DNA of 60,276 nt, the filler included, from Thelocarpon superellum (taxonomy: Eukaryota), in the NCBI GenBank assembly GCA_026025795.1. It is 4 parts of 4 records of this genome, joined end to end, with 100 filler letters (N's around TTAATTAATTAA, not from the genome) between each part and the next. Parts side by side here need not be neighbours in the genome. Positions count along the whole stretch, not along the records: positions 45,329 to 60,276 come from JAPEUG010000421.1; 3 more parts are not named here. One strand, given 5' to 3'. Below, piece by piece: positions 48,367-60,276 of this stretch. The notes beneath the pieces are model-generated. The model searched no databases, was not told where the DNA came from, and was given only the letters and a program-made list of their open reading frames with translations. Position numbers and translations under genes: made by a program. Positions within the stretch are counted from its first letter, which is position 1. The number at the start of each line of letters is the position of its first letter.

Positions 48367-51300
48367 CGAGGCTGCCACGAGCAGAGGACCCACAAAAAAG
48401 TTTCCAAAAGTGCCGCCGTCCACGAGGGATTCTGGCTTCTGAACGAAGCGGGCGCGAGCGGTCGGGGCTAGGGACGCGGCGCGGCGCTCAATGGATCGGC
48501 CTGGGGGGATGAGCAGGGTGGGGTGGGTCGAAGTTGTCCCAGGGCAAATCTTGTCGCGGGGCCTGACGGGCGCCGTCGGAGAACGTGCTGCGTCGTTTCG
48601 GCGGCGGGCGGGCGCGTGGTCGTGCTCGGGTCGTTTGCCGCCAGGCGGCGAGGCGGCGAGACTTTCAGTGCGACCCCGGGGTAGGGGTAGGCTTCGCCGA
48701 AGGCGGATGACGGACGGGGAGAAGGGGGGGGCAGCCGCAGCGGAATTGGGTGCGGAGGGAGGGAGGGGGGGCACGAGTGTTCTGGGACCGAGCGACGGGT
48801 GAGGCGAGGGCGTAGGGTACACGAGGATCTCGCCGAGGTAGTCTAAGGCCCAAGGTTTGGATGGCTAGGGTCTGGTCTGTACTGGGCCTGGCGCGCAATG
48901 CACAGATGGCGGAGAGCGATACGGAGGGAAGGTCATAGGAGAGTGAGGGTGCGATGGGCGACCGACGGCCGACGGAGCGATCGGGGTCGGTTGATGGGCG
49001 CCTTGTTCTCTTACGGATCGAGGGGCCCAACCAGGCCGATGTCTACAGGGCCCTTCTTTTTCCCTGCTGTTAGTGGCCAGGGCACCGACTAGGTCGGAGG
49101 CGGACGACTAGGCTAAAAAGCGTCCTGGGGCGCTCGTGGCTCGCCGCGGGGGACGAGAGCTGTCCGGAAGGGCCACGACGCAATGTTGGGATCGCTCGTG
49201 GGTGGGCGCGTGGAGTGGGCGGGGTCGGTCGGCCGAGCAAGCAGGTCCGTTGGGGGAGCGGCCGCCCGCGGACATGCGAACGAGGATCGAGACACAAGGT
49301 CGGCGGGCGGACAGACCGTGGAAGGCGTGGAAATGGAAGCGTGGAACGGGGGGAGTGAGGGACCGGGGGGGACCAAGCGCCCCGGCGACCTGCGACCTGC
49401 GACCTGCGACGTGCAACCCGCGACCAACACCAAGCGGACGCAGGTGGCACTCAGGCCGCAGAGACGGCTGTGGTCGTCACGGCCAACATCCTCCCTCCCT
49501 CCTCCTGCCTCCTCCTCCCTCCTCCGTCCACCGGCTCTCCTTCCTCGTCTGCACGCACCACCCCGCCGCTCCTCGTCCATTGCCTCAGCCCCGGCGCCAG
49601 GCCCCAGCACCAGGTCATCCCTCCCACCCATCCGACGGTCCCAAGCGAGCGTGCGTCGTACTCGTGGCTTTGCTTGCACCGTCGTGCAGCTAGCAGTTGG
49701 CCGTCGTAGCTCTGCCGTAGCTCCATCTCTCGTGCTAAAATCAACGTGCCGGCGGCCACTGGCGCGCCTTGACGGTGCACTGGCGTAACTGCTTTCGGCG
49801 TGGCACTCTCGCTGCCATAGCCGAGACGGTGGTACGATGGTGCGCAGGCGAGTGGGTCTCGCCTGACCGCCGACCGCCGACCGCCGACCGAACGCGGACG
49901 TAAGACGCCGCGGCCAAGCGCAGACACTCGGGCGGTGGCAGAGGTGGCGGAGGAGGTGGTGTTGGCGGTGGAGGTGGTGTTGAACTGCAGGCACCGGCTC
50001 CGCACCAAAACGGCCGATGGCTGCATCACTCGGGCCGTTTCAGGTTTCATGGCCACGCGCGAGGAGCCGGAATTTGTCTCGGCGACTTGGACGTAGTGTC
50101 CGACGACGCCCCGCCAGCGCAGACGTGGAGCGGTTGTGGTCCACGCAGAAGATGGGATGGGAAGATTGGATGCGGTGACTAAGGCTCTTGGGCCAAGGTC
50201 CGCTACCCGACGGGATCCGCCGCAATTCGAGAAGCAAGTGCACCAACTATGGTGCTGCCCTCGTGGCTCGCAACGGCGCTGGTCGGACTAGCAGTGTCCC
50301 CCGACCCTTTACAATATCACTGCTACCGGCGTTCGCGTGCTGAGTCCTCCTGCTCAGACCCGTATCTGCCGCACCCGGCTCTGCTCGGCCTCTTCGTCTC
50401 GGTTCGTTCGTGCTCTTCCTGCTCGTTGGTCCGCGAAGAAGGTGGAAGGTGGAAGGCGGAAGGTGGATGGTGGATGGTGGATGGTGTGTCGGATGGCCGC
50501 TCCCGTCGTGGATGATTGGATGCTTGGCCGTTCGGTCTGCGGACCAATTGCAGGAGGTGGCGGTCGTAGCGGCATGGACGTCTCCCTCCAGCGGCCGCCG
50601 GTGCTGCTGAGTGGAGCAACGTGGAGCAACGCGGACGTTTCGTCAGAACGTGGCAGCCGCAACCCTCGTTTCCGAGGGATTGATCGGCATCGCGCCCGGA
50701 CATGACTCGCCACGCGACGATGCGACGTCGCGCCGCTCGTATTCGTGGTATCCTTATCGCCGTGCTGGCCCTTAGCCCTTGCCAAGGCACATTATCTCGA
50801 CATGCGACTGCCGCTCATGCCCCCCGAGCGAAAGGCTGCTGATCGTCTCGGAAGAGGATGGTTACGAGTAATTACGAGCAGCCGCATGCCGACCGGGCGA
50901 GGGCAGTGTAATTTGCGCGGCGATGAGCAATCGCGTTTGAAACGCAATTCGCAATACGCAACACGAACTACGCAACACGCAGCGCTGGCTGTGCGCGGAC
51001 ATGACGTGAGCGGGCTGCAGATGGGAGATGGGATCGCTGGTGCACCTGGTGCGCCTGGTGCACGGAGGGTCAAGTGCCGAGGTGCTCGCCTGCCCTGGGA
51101 CCTAGACCCGAACGTGGACGCGAAGGCGCGCCAGGCTCACCCGGACTCTCGGGAATACTGGGTGCGGTGGGCGATATGGAGCATCCGATTGACGACGTTG
51201 ACCAGGTCCATTTTGGCGTGCATTCCATGCCGATCATCGAGGCGGGCCCGACGCTCGACGCCTCGTGGCTCGGGGTGAAGGGGGGTGGATCGACCAGGTC

Positions 51301-54300
51301 GGCGCGCTGACTCGGATGGGGTAGGAGCGGTGGGGGCTGGAGAAAACGTGGTCCTGACAGGTCCAGTAAAGCGGCGCGGGTTGGGAGGGGTCACGTTGCT
51401 GGTGCACCCTAGCCGAAACCACGTTGACCGCGGAAAGCGTGAGTCGACATGGGTACCTCGTGCGCGCTGCAGCAAGCCGCGTCTGCTCGCCCGCCGCAAG
51501 GCCGCAAGGGGGGTGGAGAGGGTGGGGAGGGGCTAGGCGTGGACGGGGGAAATGGGGGAAATGGGGGAAATAATGGGGGATTCGCGCCGGCGGTGGCAAC
51601 GAGCGGAGGGGTAGCCTGGGCGCGATGATTGGTGGAAGAACCAACAGCAGCTCTAGCCCGACCGATGACTGGACCGATTCGCTGTGAGCCCGCACAACGT
51701 GATTAGTGGCGGTCTAAGCGAAGGGCATTGAAGGGCCGCCGGTGCTCTCGCGTTACCGTCGGTCTGACAATCGTTCAGCCAGCTGCGCGCGTCTGGTACA
51801 CGAACGGGAAGCGCGGCCACCAACATCCCGGCAGGTGCTCGTACCGTGCTGCACCAGACTGCACCTCCGCCGTCTCCTTCACACCATCCCACCACCCTCT
51901 CTTCCTGGCGGCGCCTAGGGAGTTCTCAGGTTGGAAGTATGACTTGCCTTAGGTGAAGAAGAGAGTCACACACCTCCGTGTCCGCCCCTTCGAGCCATGG
52001 TCGTCGACGGGAGTCTGGATGAGTCGGTGGAGACCTTGGCATTACGTCAAGGCGCCCTGTATGCCCTCTAGGTCCATTTGCGGCCTGCGTGTTTCCCAGC
52101 AGTCTGGCAAGACGATGGCGTGGCTGCAGCGACCGGCACATTCTCCGCCTCCTGAGCTGCAGGCGGGCCACGCGAAAGCAGTTCGGCGTGGATGAGTGCA
52201 TGATATGCATGAAGTAAGACCCGACGAGTCCGGTAGCACGCGTGGCAGGCGGCGCACGGATTTATTCCCACCCTCACCCACGTGAGGCTGCAGCCACGAG
52301 GAAGCGGTGATCGGCGCCTGCCCGGCCCTTCAATCCTTTGGTCCTTACGTCAGCCGCCCGCTCACCGCGCCCGCCGGCCGACGTAATCTCCTAACTCCTT
52401 GCCTGTGCAGCTCGGCGCCCAGCGCGGCGAGCCCGAGGCGACTCGACGGGGGTCGTCGGCGCCAGGCGAAGGGCTCGTGGTCGTGGTACTACAGCACGCG
52501 GACGGTGGGCTACGTCCGTGAGCCTGCCCGGAAGAGGAAAAAGGATCCTTTCGGCCTGGTGCTGTCCTTCAGACCGAGGGGGGGGTTGTCGAGAACGAAG
52601 GGGGGATGGGGGAAGTTGGGCTGGCTCGGGTACGCTACCTGGTCTGCCAGGTATGGAGCCTAGTGGGCACGGTACTTGTACAACCCGCAGCATCCGATCG
52701 CCGGCCCGGTCACGAGTAATGTTAGTGCCGCGAATGGTGCCTCTCCTCTGAGTTAAGCGGCAAGACAGGCTATCGAATCACTCGAGCAAGCTTCCCATAG
52801 GCCGAATAGCAAAGTGTCGGATGCGAATGGGAATTTGTTGGATCCTGTCGCCTGGGGCTCTGTCACATCATGAGTGCGGGATCAGACATGTTCTCGCCGC
52901 TGCCTCAGCTGTCTCGCGCGAGGCTCGCACGCGAACATAACCCATGGGCCCTGTTGTCATACCCAGACCCGCTCCTGATCCCTGCACATTGGCCACGTCC
53001 ACATGGAACCCCGGGTCCGCCGCCTTCAATTTCCCATTACCCATTCCCATTTCCCATTACTCCCATCCTCATCTGGCATCATTATTAAATCAGGCTTTGG
53101 TAGATCCGGACAGGCTAGCTGCATCGATCGACCAGTTACTTTGACGCAACCACGCGAGCGCGCGCCCAAAGCCGACGGGTAAGCCCCCAGTATTATGCCT
53201 GTCGTCCTTGTACGGTGAGGGAAGGGGGGTTCCGTGCGAGAGATTGGACCCGGGAGCCTAGGAAAGGTCGGAAATGTGGCAGAGTAAAAAAGTGAAAAAG
53301 TAGAAAATCGGAAAAGTGTCTCAGCACGTCACTATCCTGCCTACACGCCTGCACCTACGCATTCTTCTCCCGCCCTACCTACTTGTCCGGCAAGCCTCGT
53401 GATCGCCCGTGCTGCACCTCATGCATGCATCTCCTGTACCTACTGCGGACATAGTCCCAGTACGTACGCCGTATGGTCACGTAGCTTCGTCCAGCGTGCA
53501 TGAGAGCAACGGGGCTGGTGGGATCTGAGCGTTTGCTGGATCTGGCCGCTGGCCGCCGGCCGCCGGCCACCGTCTCGAAACGCTCTCCTGCATCGCGTCT
53601 GCGTCTGCGTCTGCACCTGCATCTGCCTCAGCTCGCGTGATTTGTCAGGGCTGCCATGTGTTTTTCCCTTTCCCCACCCTGCCTGTCACCGCCTCGCGCC
53701 CTCGCGCCCGTCGCGTCTGGTCACACGAGGGTCCCTCCTGCTGATGGTGCGACCGCACGTCATGCCGCGGGTGGTCTCTCCGTAAGAACAACAATTTCCG
53801 CCATTTGGCCGGTCCTCACCCCAGTAGGAGAGCCCTTTACCGCCAGGTTGCCGCTCCGAACCATCAGGCTGTCTAGACCGCTCTTTGGTTCTCGTGATGC
53901 CTGTGTACCCACATGGTCTCGATGCGTGCGCTCTCTGCGGGCCCGGCCGCACGTCGCGCCTGCGGTGCAACGAGAGCGACGGCAATGTAACGTCACATAC
54001 TTTGTTGGGGACGAACGACTGCGAAAGACTGATACTCCGATGCTCATGAACTTGACCTCCGTGGTAAGCACGAGAATCGTGATGGGTGCCATCTCTGCGG
54101 AATAAGAACCATGATTCTGAATGCAGAGTCTGATGCATCTGACGACAGAGGATAAAGAGGATATATGTCATGAATGCTCTACAAGGCATGCGGAGGGGAC
54201 AAAACATGGACGGGAATGAATCGGGTAGGGATGCCCAAGGATGGACGTGGCAGGGTGAAAGGAGACACAGAGAAGAGGAGAAACGCCGGCCCCAAGTCCC

Positions 54301-54346
54301 AAGTCCCATCAACGCGCGCGACTGGCACTCAAGCAGGCTGCCGTGA

Positions 54347-56834
54347 CTAATCCACCTTGCCGTTACCGGCCCCACCTCCCAACAGGCCTTCTTTCCCATC
54401 GAGCTTGAAGAAGCCGGCGGCGGCGGCCGCAGCCGCCGGAGCGGAGCCGGCACCATTCATAAAGCTCCCTTTGCCACGTCGGATGCGGCCTCGCCCCCAC
54501 ACGGCGAGGCCGGCAAAGATGCCGACGAGCAGACCGAGCGTGATCCAGGGATGGCTGGTGATGGCTCCGCGCAGCTCGAAGAACATGGTCTCGATGGCCG
54601 ACGTCGTGCTCTTCGCCTTGAGGCGCGGCGGCGACGCGACGATGTGCGGCAGCGTCTCGAGGATGGAGGTGCGCGAGGCGGCGATGTAGTTGCCCGTCAT
54701 GGTCGTGTCCCAATATCGATGGTTCTGTTGGTCGCGCGTTAGCCCGACGTCGCCGTCTCCGGCGGGCGGAAGGGGAGGCGTCGCGGCCCACTCACGTCTT
54801 CGTCGTTCACAATCACCTTCTCTCCGTCCTTGACCTCGATGCCGTATGTCGTCCGGATCCATCGCTCCCAGAAGATGCCGTCGACCCAGGCAAAGCCGAC
54901 CTGCTTTCGGTCGTATTCGTCCATCTTGACGCGGATGCTCTTGGCGGCGCGCAGGGCACGCTGGTCGCTCCGGTCCTCGGCCTCCTCGATGCGCAGTTGC
55001 TTGGCGCCGCGGCGCTCTTGTCGCTCGCGTTGGAACTCCTGCGTCTGCTTGTCCATCCATTCCAGCGCCGCGTTCTTCATCTCGCGCCGGGCGATGACAA
55101 ACTCGTCCGCCCGCTCGCGCGACAGAATGCCGAGCACGACGACCTTGCCGTCCATGATCTCGCGTGCGTTGGACGGCGTGAGTTCGGGCACGATGGGCAA
55201 CCAGACGGACTTCATCCAGCCAAGCACCTTGCGATAGTCACGGATGTCCTGTGGGGCCAGGGCGCTATAGTACGACGGGCGGCCGTCGCGGGCGACCATC
55301 AGGCGAGGCCAGGTCGAGATCTTGAAGCGGTCCGACATGGCCGGATCGTTCGTCTTGACCAACTTGGCGTGCCCGATGAGACTCAGCAGCACGCGATCCA
55401 AGGCGGCAAAGTCTTCGGTCGTGGTCGCGTGGTCGTAGAAATAGACGAAGATGACCTCCTCCGTCTTCTCCATCTCCTGGAAGGCGGCGGCGTCGACGTC
55501 GCGCACGCCCTCACCAATGTCAGTGGCCTTGTTGGCGAAGTTGACCAGGTCGCCGACGCCGCGGAGGCCGTCGTACTCGACGCGCTCGCCCCCCTTGAAG
55601 AACAGGACGGTGGGGTAGCCTTTGACGCGGACGTCGCGGCAGAGCCGGGTCTCGGCGTCGCAGTTGACCTCGCCAATGTTCAGCTTGTGCTTCATGTCGC
55701 GGCCCAGCTCGGCCCAGTTGGGGGCCATGGCCTGGCAGTGGTGACACCATGGCGCATAGAACTTGATGAACCAGGGATCCTGCGTGGTCGTGACGAGGTT
55801 CTGGAAGCCCTGGGCCGAGAGCGGGACGGAGGCGCCAGCCTCGTTCGGCGTGCTCGTGGGCTTACTGGCCATCACCGTCTGCTTGACCTTGGTGGGCCGG
55901 AGCGACTTGGTGGGCCGAAGCGTCTCGGTCTGAGCCAACGTGGGCTCCTGCGCCGCCTTCTCGTTGTGTTCCTTGCCCGCCGCTGCCCCGGCCGCCGCAT
56001 CCTTGTCTTTGGCGGCGGGAACGTCGGGCTTGGCATCGGCCTCAATGCCGTGCGCGCCCACCTCGGGCAGCTTCACGCCTTCCTTTGGTCGCGAGCCTGG
56101 GCGGATGGATTCCAGCGTGTCTTCGATGAACGCACTCAGCCCCTGCATCGTCTTGTCGCCGTCGTATTTCTTGACCATGCTGCCGTCCTTGTACAGGATG
56201 AAGGTGGGAAAGGAGTGCACGCCATGTTGCTCGCAGGCCGCCCCAAAGGCCACACAATCCAGCGAGCCAAAGTGGAAGTTGTAATATGGGTGGAAGGCGT
56301 TGAGGGAGGATTGACTGTCGATGGACGATTTGGAGGAGCCGATGGGCTTGGACGTGTAGTAAAATTCGTAAAGTGTCTGCCAGACAGGAGCAATGGCGGT
56401 GCAGTGATGACACCATGGCGAATAATGCTTCACAAACCTGCGGCGTAACGATTGGGTTAGCGGACAGGACATACAAAGCCGGGCAAAAGGAAGAGGGTGG
56501 GGGCAATAGACCAATATCCATCCTTGACTTCGGCATCGAATTGCTCGCCGGAAATTTCTCGTAGTGCCGGTACCTCTACTCCATTAAAGACCGTAGGCGG
56601 CGGTGGAGGTGGCTCTTCATCCTCGTCCTCGTCCTCCTCTTCCTCTCCAGTGCTGTCGGTGGCGGCCTTCACCTCCGCCTTGACCGCGTCGACCCCCGGA
56701 GCTACTGCCGGGGCAGTCTGTATCGAGACGCCTTCTGCTTTGGCAGGATGAATCTCGCTTGACTGATCTTCGGCGGCGACGAGTGGCGAGACGACGAGGA
56801 GGGAGAGGAGCGAGGTCGAGAGCAACCAGCGCAT
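54347..56834 (-). CDS. ER membrane protein disulfide isomerase-like protein (Eps1-type, two CxxC thioredoxin domains); exons 56834-56512, 56437-54796, 54724-54347
   Basis: Signal peptide MRWLLSTSLLSLLVVSPLVAA; YSPWCHHC and YAPWCHHC; C-terminal TM (WITLGLLVGIFAGLAVW) and GKVD* tail. Confidence 0.92.
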
Positions 56835-57390
56835 GGTGGGCGGATAGGGCGGGAGACGGCGATACACGTCCCCAGGGTTGACAGGGGACGGATGATGGCC
56901 TGATCGCGTCCGCCGAATGGGTGTGCCGATGGTGTCTCCGATCAATCGACGCGTGAGGCCGTGCGACTCCGCGTAAGCCGGCGCAGGCTGGGGATACGAG
57001 ATAGATGACGCCCAGCTGGATGATGTTGGCGAATCTCGGAGCCGAATTGGGTGGCGCTACCAGAGGAGGGGGAGACTCCGGGCCGGATCGCCGCGGATTA
57101 TGACGATGAGCGATGTCGATGCGGTCGCGGCGAGACCATCCGTCTCTGGTCCTCTTGGAAGCTGAACGAACAGCCACCTCGGTCTGATGGCGGCCCCTGG
57201 AAATATCGGCCGCTATTCCTAATCTAGATTGGCACGGGATGGGACGGGCGAGGTCATTGTAGGTGATTACGGGGTGCGACTTGCACCAGTTTACCCCGCC
57301 ACTGCCGTCGGTCGAGCTCCGGCTGGCTCTCTCAACGTCTTCTCTTACTATTGAAACGAGTGTGCCATTGCTGCCGGATCACATTGCATC

Positions 57391-57458
57391 TGGAGCCCCC
57401 CAAAACATTCGAGAGCCCCCCCAAAGATTCGGGAGTCCCCCAGCATATTCGGGAGCCC
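57391..57458 (+). repeat. 20-bp degenerate minisatellite, ~3.4 copies
   Basis: TGGAGCCCCCCAAAACATTC / GAGAGCCCCCCCAAAGATTC / GGGAGTCCCCCAGCATATTC / GGGAGCCC at an exact 20-nt period. Confidence 0.85.
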
Positions 57459-58773
57459 GAGGCGGGGGAGGAGTGTATGTGCTAACTAGGCACTGACTAT
57501 GATTGAGCTGGGATACAGAACGCCCGGAGACCTTCACATCGGTTTCCTTGCTCTCTCTCAGCCAAGAACAGAGACGAATACTATGTCGAGCTGCTCAGGT
57601 AAGACACTTTGAGCAGCCAGCTTGTGAGTAAACCAAGAGTCACCGATGTACATACTCATGTCTCCAGGTTCTCGGGCTGAACACGATTGAAAAACGCAAT
57701 GGATCAAAGGATGGAGGAGATGGCTCCGTCTTCAACGCTGCATCATTGTGTTTCCCTCGTTCTCTAGGAGAACGAGATCGAAGGAATATCAAAGATGGAT
57801 GGTCAGTAAGGATCCCAGTTGCTGATCTCATGACCACCTCGCCACGGGCGTCGCTAGTATGGCGTGTCCACCCAGCCCTTGATCCGTGGACGTGGAGAAT
57901 GCCTCGTTCAAACGTCCGCGTAGGCTTTGCCGCTCTGCTAGACGAAGATCCGGGCCTCACTCGCTACCGGGAAGGACGAGTAGAGGCGAGGAAGAACGAG
58001 GACTTCTCTCCAGCACGCGTCCATCTGGATAGGAGGGGTATCATCATTTCCGTTCAGTTGGTCTTCGGCCCACCATGTCGAATGCCCTCCCCAAGACAGC
58101 TCATCTTCTTGGTGATTTGAACCGTCAACCCAGGGAGGCACGCATGGCTGTTGTTGCATTTCTATCACCTTCTCCTTACGTCATGGAAGGGACCAACATG
58201 GGCGTGGTTTCGTGGAGGCCTCCATCCCTTCTATCATCATCACCACCAATGGCTCTGGGAACGTCGAGGTTAGTGAGTCCACCGCAGACAATTGGCTGCC
58301 CTGCGATAACCCTCGAGATCTTCGTCGGGACTGGGCGCCAACCCCGTCCAACCGGATTGTGACGGAAAATTGGAATGCGGACTGGACGGGAGCCATCCAG
58401 GAACGATATGGTAGCGCAGACCAGCCAGCAAATAGGAATGGCACTTCGACATTTTGGGACTGCCTCGTCTGTAACAGCGGAGAGGCTTTCGTGTATCTAC
58501 GGCTGGACTTTCGTTGATCTGCCATCCATCCTCCACGGTCATTCTCCACCTCGCACAATCTTCCCCGCTGTGCGTGCCTTTCGACGCTGCTTGAGCGGAC
58601 TCGCATCCTACGATCCTTCCCCGGGGATGGCTCCTCATCGGAGGAAACAATCGTCCTTGCCCAGCCTCCATCCGTCCCGGGATCGCAATTGGCCATCTTT
58701 TAAGTGCAGCTTCCCGGATGTCTTCCGTTCTGCCGGCACCCTTGGGGGCCTCAAGCATCTCAGTGAGCCAAAC

Positions 58774-59853
58774 ATGCCCAGCACGCCCAGCGTGCCGAGC
58801 ACGCCGAGTACGCCCGATACAGCCGATATCTGCGATACGCTGGACGACTCCAGTAGCTTCAGCAGCCCCACGATTCCCGACGCCGTCGATACTCCCCGTA
58901 CGCCTAGGACGTCATCGGAACTTGATCAGCATTCGACACCCGCTCGTCGGAGCGTTTCTTCAACTTCACCAAGCGGAGTCCTTGGCACTCTTCCCATGGA
59001 GCTTTTCGATCTCATCACGGGACATCTTCCTACGAGCGCCGCTCTGACCCTCATGCAGACATGCCGGGGTTTCCGAAACCTCCGGAGGGCGGAGTCCGTT
59101 CGCGCCATGTATGGAAAACTTTCGGCTGACAAGGATGATCGATTCGTCTTCTGTTGCGCCTTGGAACGAGACAGCGACTGGATGCCGCGCCACCGGGCCT
59201 GCCGGATCTGCAAGAGCATGCATGATGTGACGTGGTTTGAGGAAAGCGAGCTCGATGGCCGACGAGAGCTACGCCAGTGCCGACAAGCCTACTTCTGCCC
59301 GCACCGCAACATCGCCCTGACGCGAGTGCGGCGTGCCGCGCGCTTCGCTCCCCTCCATGTTGACGGCACGGCACCTCTGAATTTCTCGGACTGTCGCGGC
59401 GTGGGATGTGATGATGACCGTGTACAGTGTGATGTGTCAGCCGACAGCTATTCTTGTATGCGTTGGCTCAGACGGAGTCACGAGGTCGTGCTCTGCACCC
59501 GAATCTACATCTCTCGTGTCTCTGTGGTGGTGGAGGTCGAGTCAGCTACTGCGGAAATGGTCGAGCGCCATCACGAGCTCGAGCTCCCTCTCTGCCCCCA
59601 TATCGAGCTTCGAGACGTCTTGCCCCGGGCCGTGCGGCTGGCAAACAGTGGCAACACAAGCAAAATCCGAACGTGCCCGGAGACCTCCTGCACCCTCCAG
59701 GTCTCGGCCAGGCATTCCGATGACAGCGCGAACCTTGTCGTGGAAACCGAGAGGGTTTTTGGCAGTCCCAGCGGTGTCTCCGGCGTTATCACGGGTCATG
59801 ACAGGACCTGGATTTCCCAGCAAGCCCTCGGTCCTCCTGATTGGTTTGATTGA
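58774..59853 (+). CDS. F-box protein with a Cys/His-rich C-terminal region (start 58774, or 58627)
   Basis: F-box consensus LGTLPMELFDLITGHLPTSAALTLMQTCRGFR followed by CRICKSMH, CPH and LCPH motifs; CAAACATG context at 58774. Confidence 0.75.
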   Translation: MPSTPSVPSTPSTPDTADICDTLDDSSSFSSPTIPDAVDTPRTPRTSSELDQHSTPARRSVSSTSPSGVLGTLPMELFDLITGHLPTSAALTLMQTCRGFRNLRRAESVRAMYGKLSADKDDRFVFCCALERDSDWMPRHRACRICKSMHDVTWFEESELDGRRELRQCRQAYFCPHRNIALTRVRRAARFAPLHVDGTAPLNFSDCRGVGCDDDRVQCDVSADSYSCMRWLRRSHEVVLCTRIYISRVSVVVEVESATAEMVERHHELELPLCPHIELRDVLPRAVRLANSGNTSKIRTCPETSCTLQVSARHSDDSANLVVETERVFGSPSGVSGVITGHDRTWISQQALGPPDWFD

Positions 59854-60276
59854 TTCGTTTCTTGAACCTGCTCTTTGTACATACAAGATGTGGACCCACT
59901 CCTTGTCCATGCACTTGCCACTCCCGTACATTGGAGGAACGCCCCTTCTACAGAGGAATGCCCCGTAGACCAGGGACGCCCCTCCGTTCGCAGGAGAGGG
60001 AAGTCTCCACACGGAAATCCGCTCCGCATCACAATGCAGATATACGATCTCTGAAGCGCAAAGGCAGGTGTGTCCTGTGTTCAACGTAGAGATTGGTCTC
60101 GTTTTTCCAATCATCGCTGAGTCAGAGCCGTATCGGGTGTAGTTTGACGGGGCACTTGGGGAAGCAACCGGCAACTGACACTTGGCCAGGTACGGATACA
60201 TGATGGAATATGCGTAGTTGGAGTATTCTGCCACCTCTACTAAGAGCGAACCCTGTCACCCTGGCGCCTAGGCATC

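Noticed and set aside
53255..53290. AGGTCGGAAA...GCAG resembling SRP RNA helix 8
   Set aside because: Stem pairing fails; no Alu domain or Pol III terminator
59542..60234. 230-aa minus-strand ORF at the window end
   Set aside because: About half overlaps the F-box gene antisense, it has a non-ATG start and no recognisable motif; a gene entering from outside the window cannot be supported

Overview
Eukaryotic DNA from a GC-rich, intron-dense filamentous ascomycete (Pezizomycotina-type genes with short introns, CTRAY-type branch sites and YAG acceptors). The window is not one locus. It consists of four ~15-kb contigs (1-15048, 15149-30153, 30254-45228, 45329-60276, in strictly decreasing length) joined by artificial 100-nt N/TTAATTAATTAA spacers. 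Contig 1 carries RPS13, a Dpy-30/SDC1 gene, a FAN1-type VRR-NUC nuclease and SF3B1. Contig 2 carries tRNA-Val(AAC), asparagine synthetase, VDAC porin, a J-domain protein, MetAP2, sphingolipid delta-4 desaturase, VAP/Scs2 and a UBA-ZnF-UBX protein. Contig 3 carries the ILV3 3' end, an orphan ORF, a GT69/CAP59-family mannosyltransferase, tafazzin, a NOSIP-like RING protein and a Ubp12-type deubiquitinase. Contig 4 carries the FlbA RGS gene, a membrane PDI-like protein and an F-box protein. Gene models were spliced by hand and families were assigned from remembered motifs; no database search was run. I found no clearly novel multi-gene system. The most interesting signal is the SF3B1 first intron: it has a GC donor, its retention gives a 5-codon ORF, and it also contains an in-frame ATG that could restart a near-full-length protein. 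Other leads are long in-frame N-terminal extensions, an identical 14-nt promoter word shared by RPS13 and SF3B1, and several orphan ORFs.
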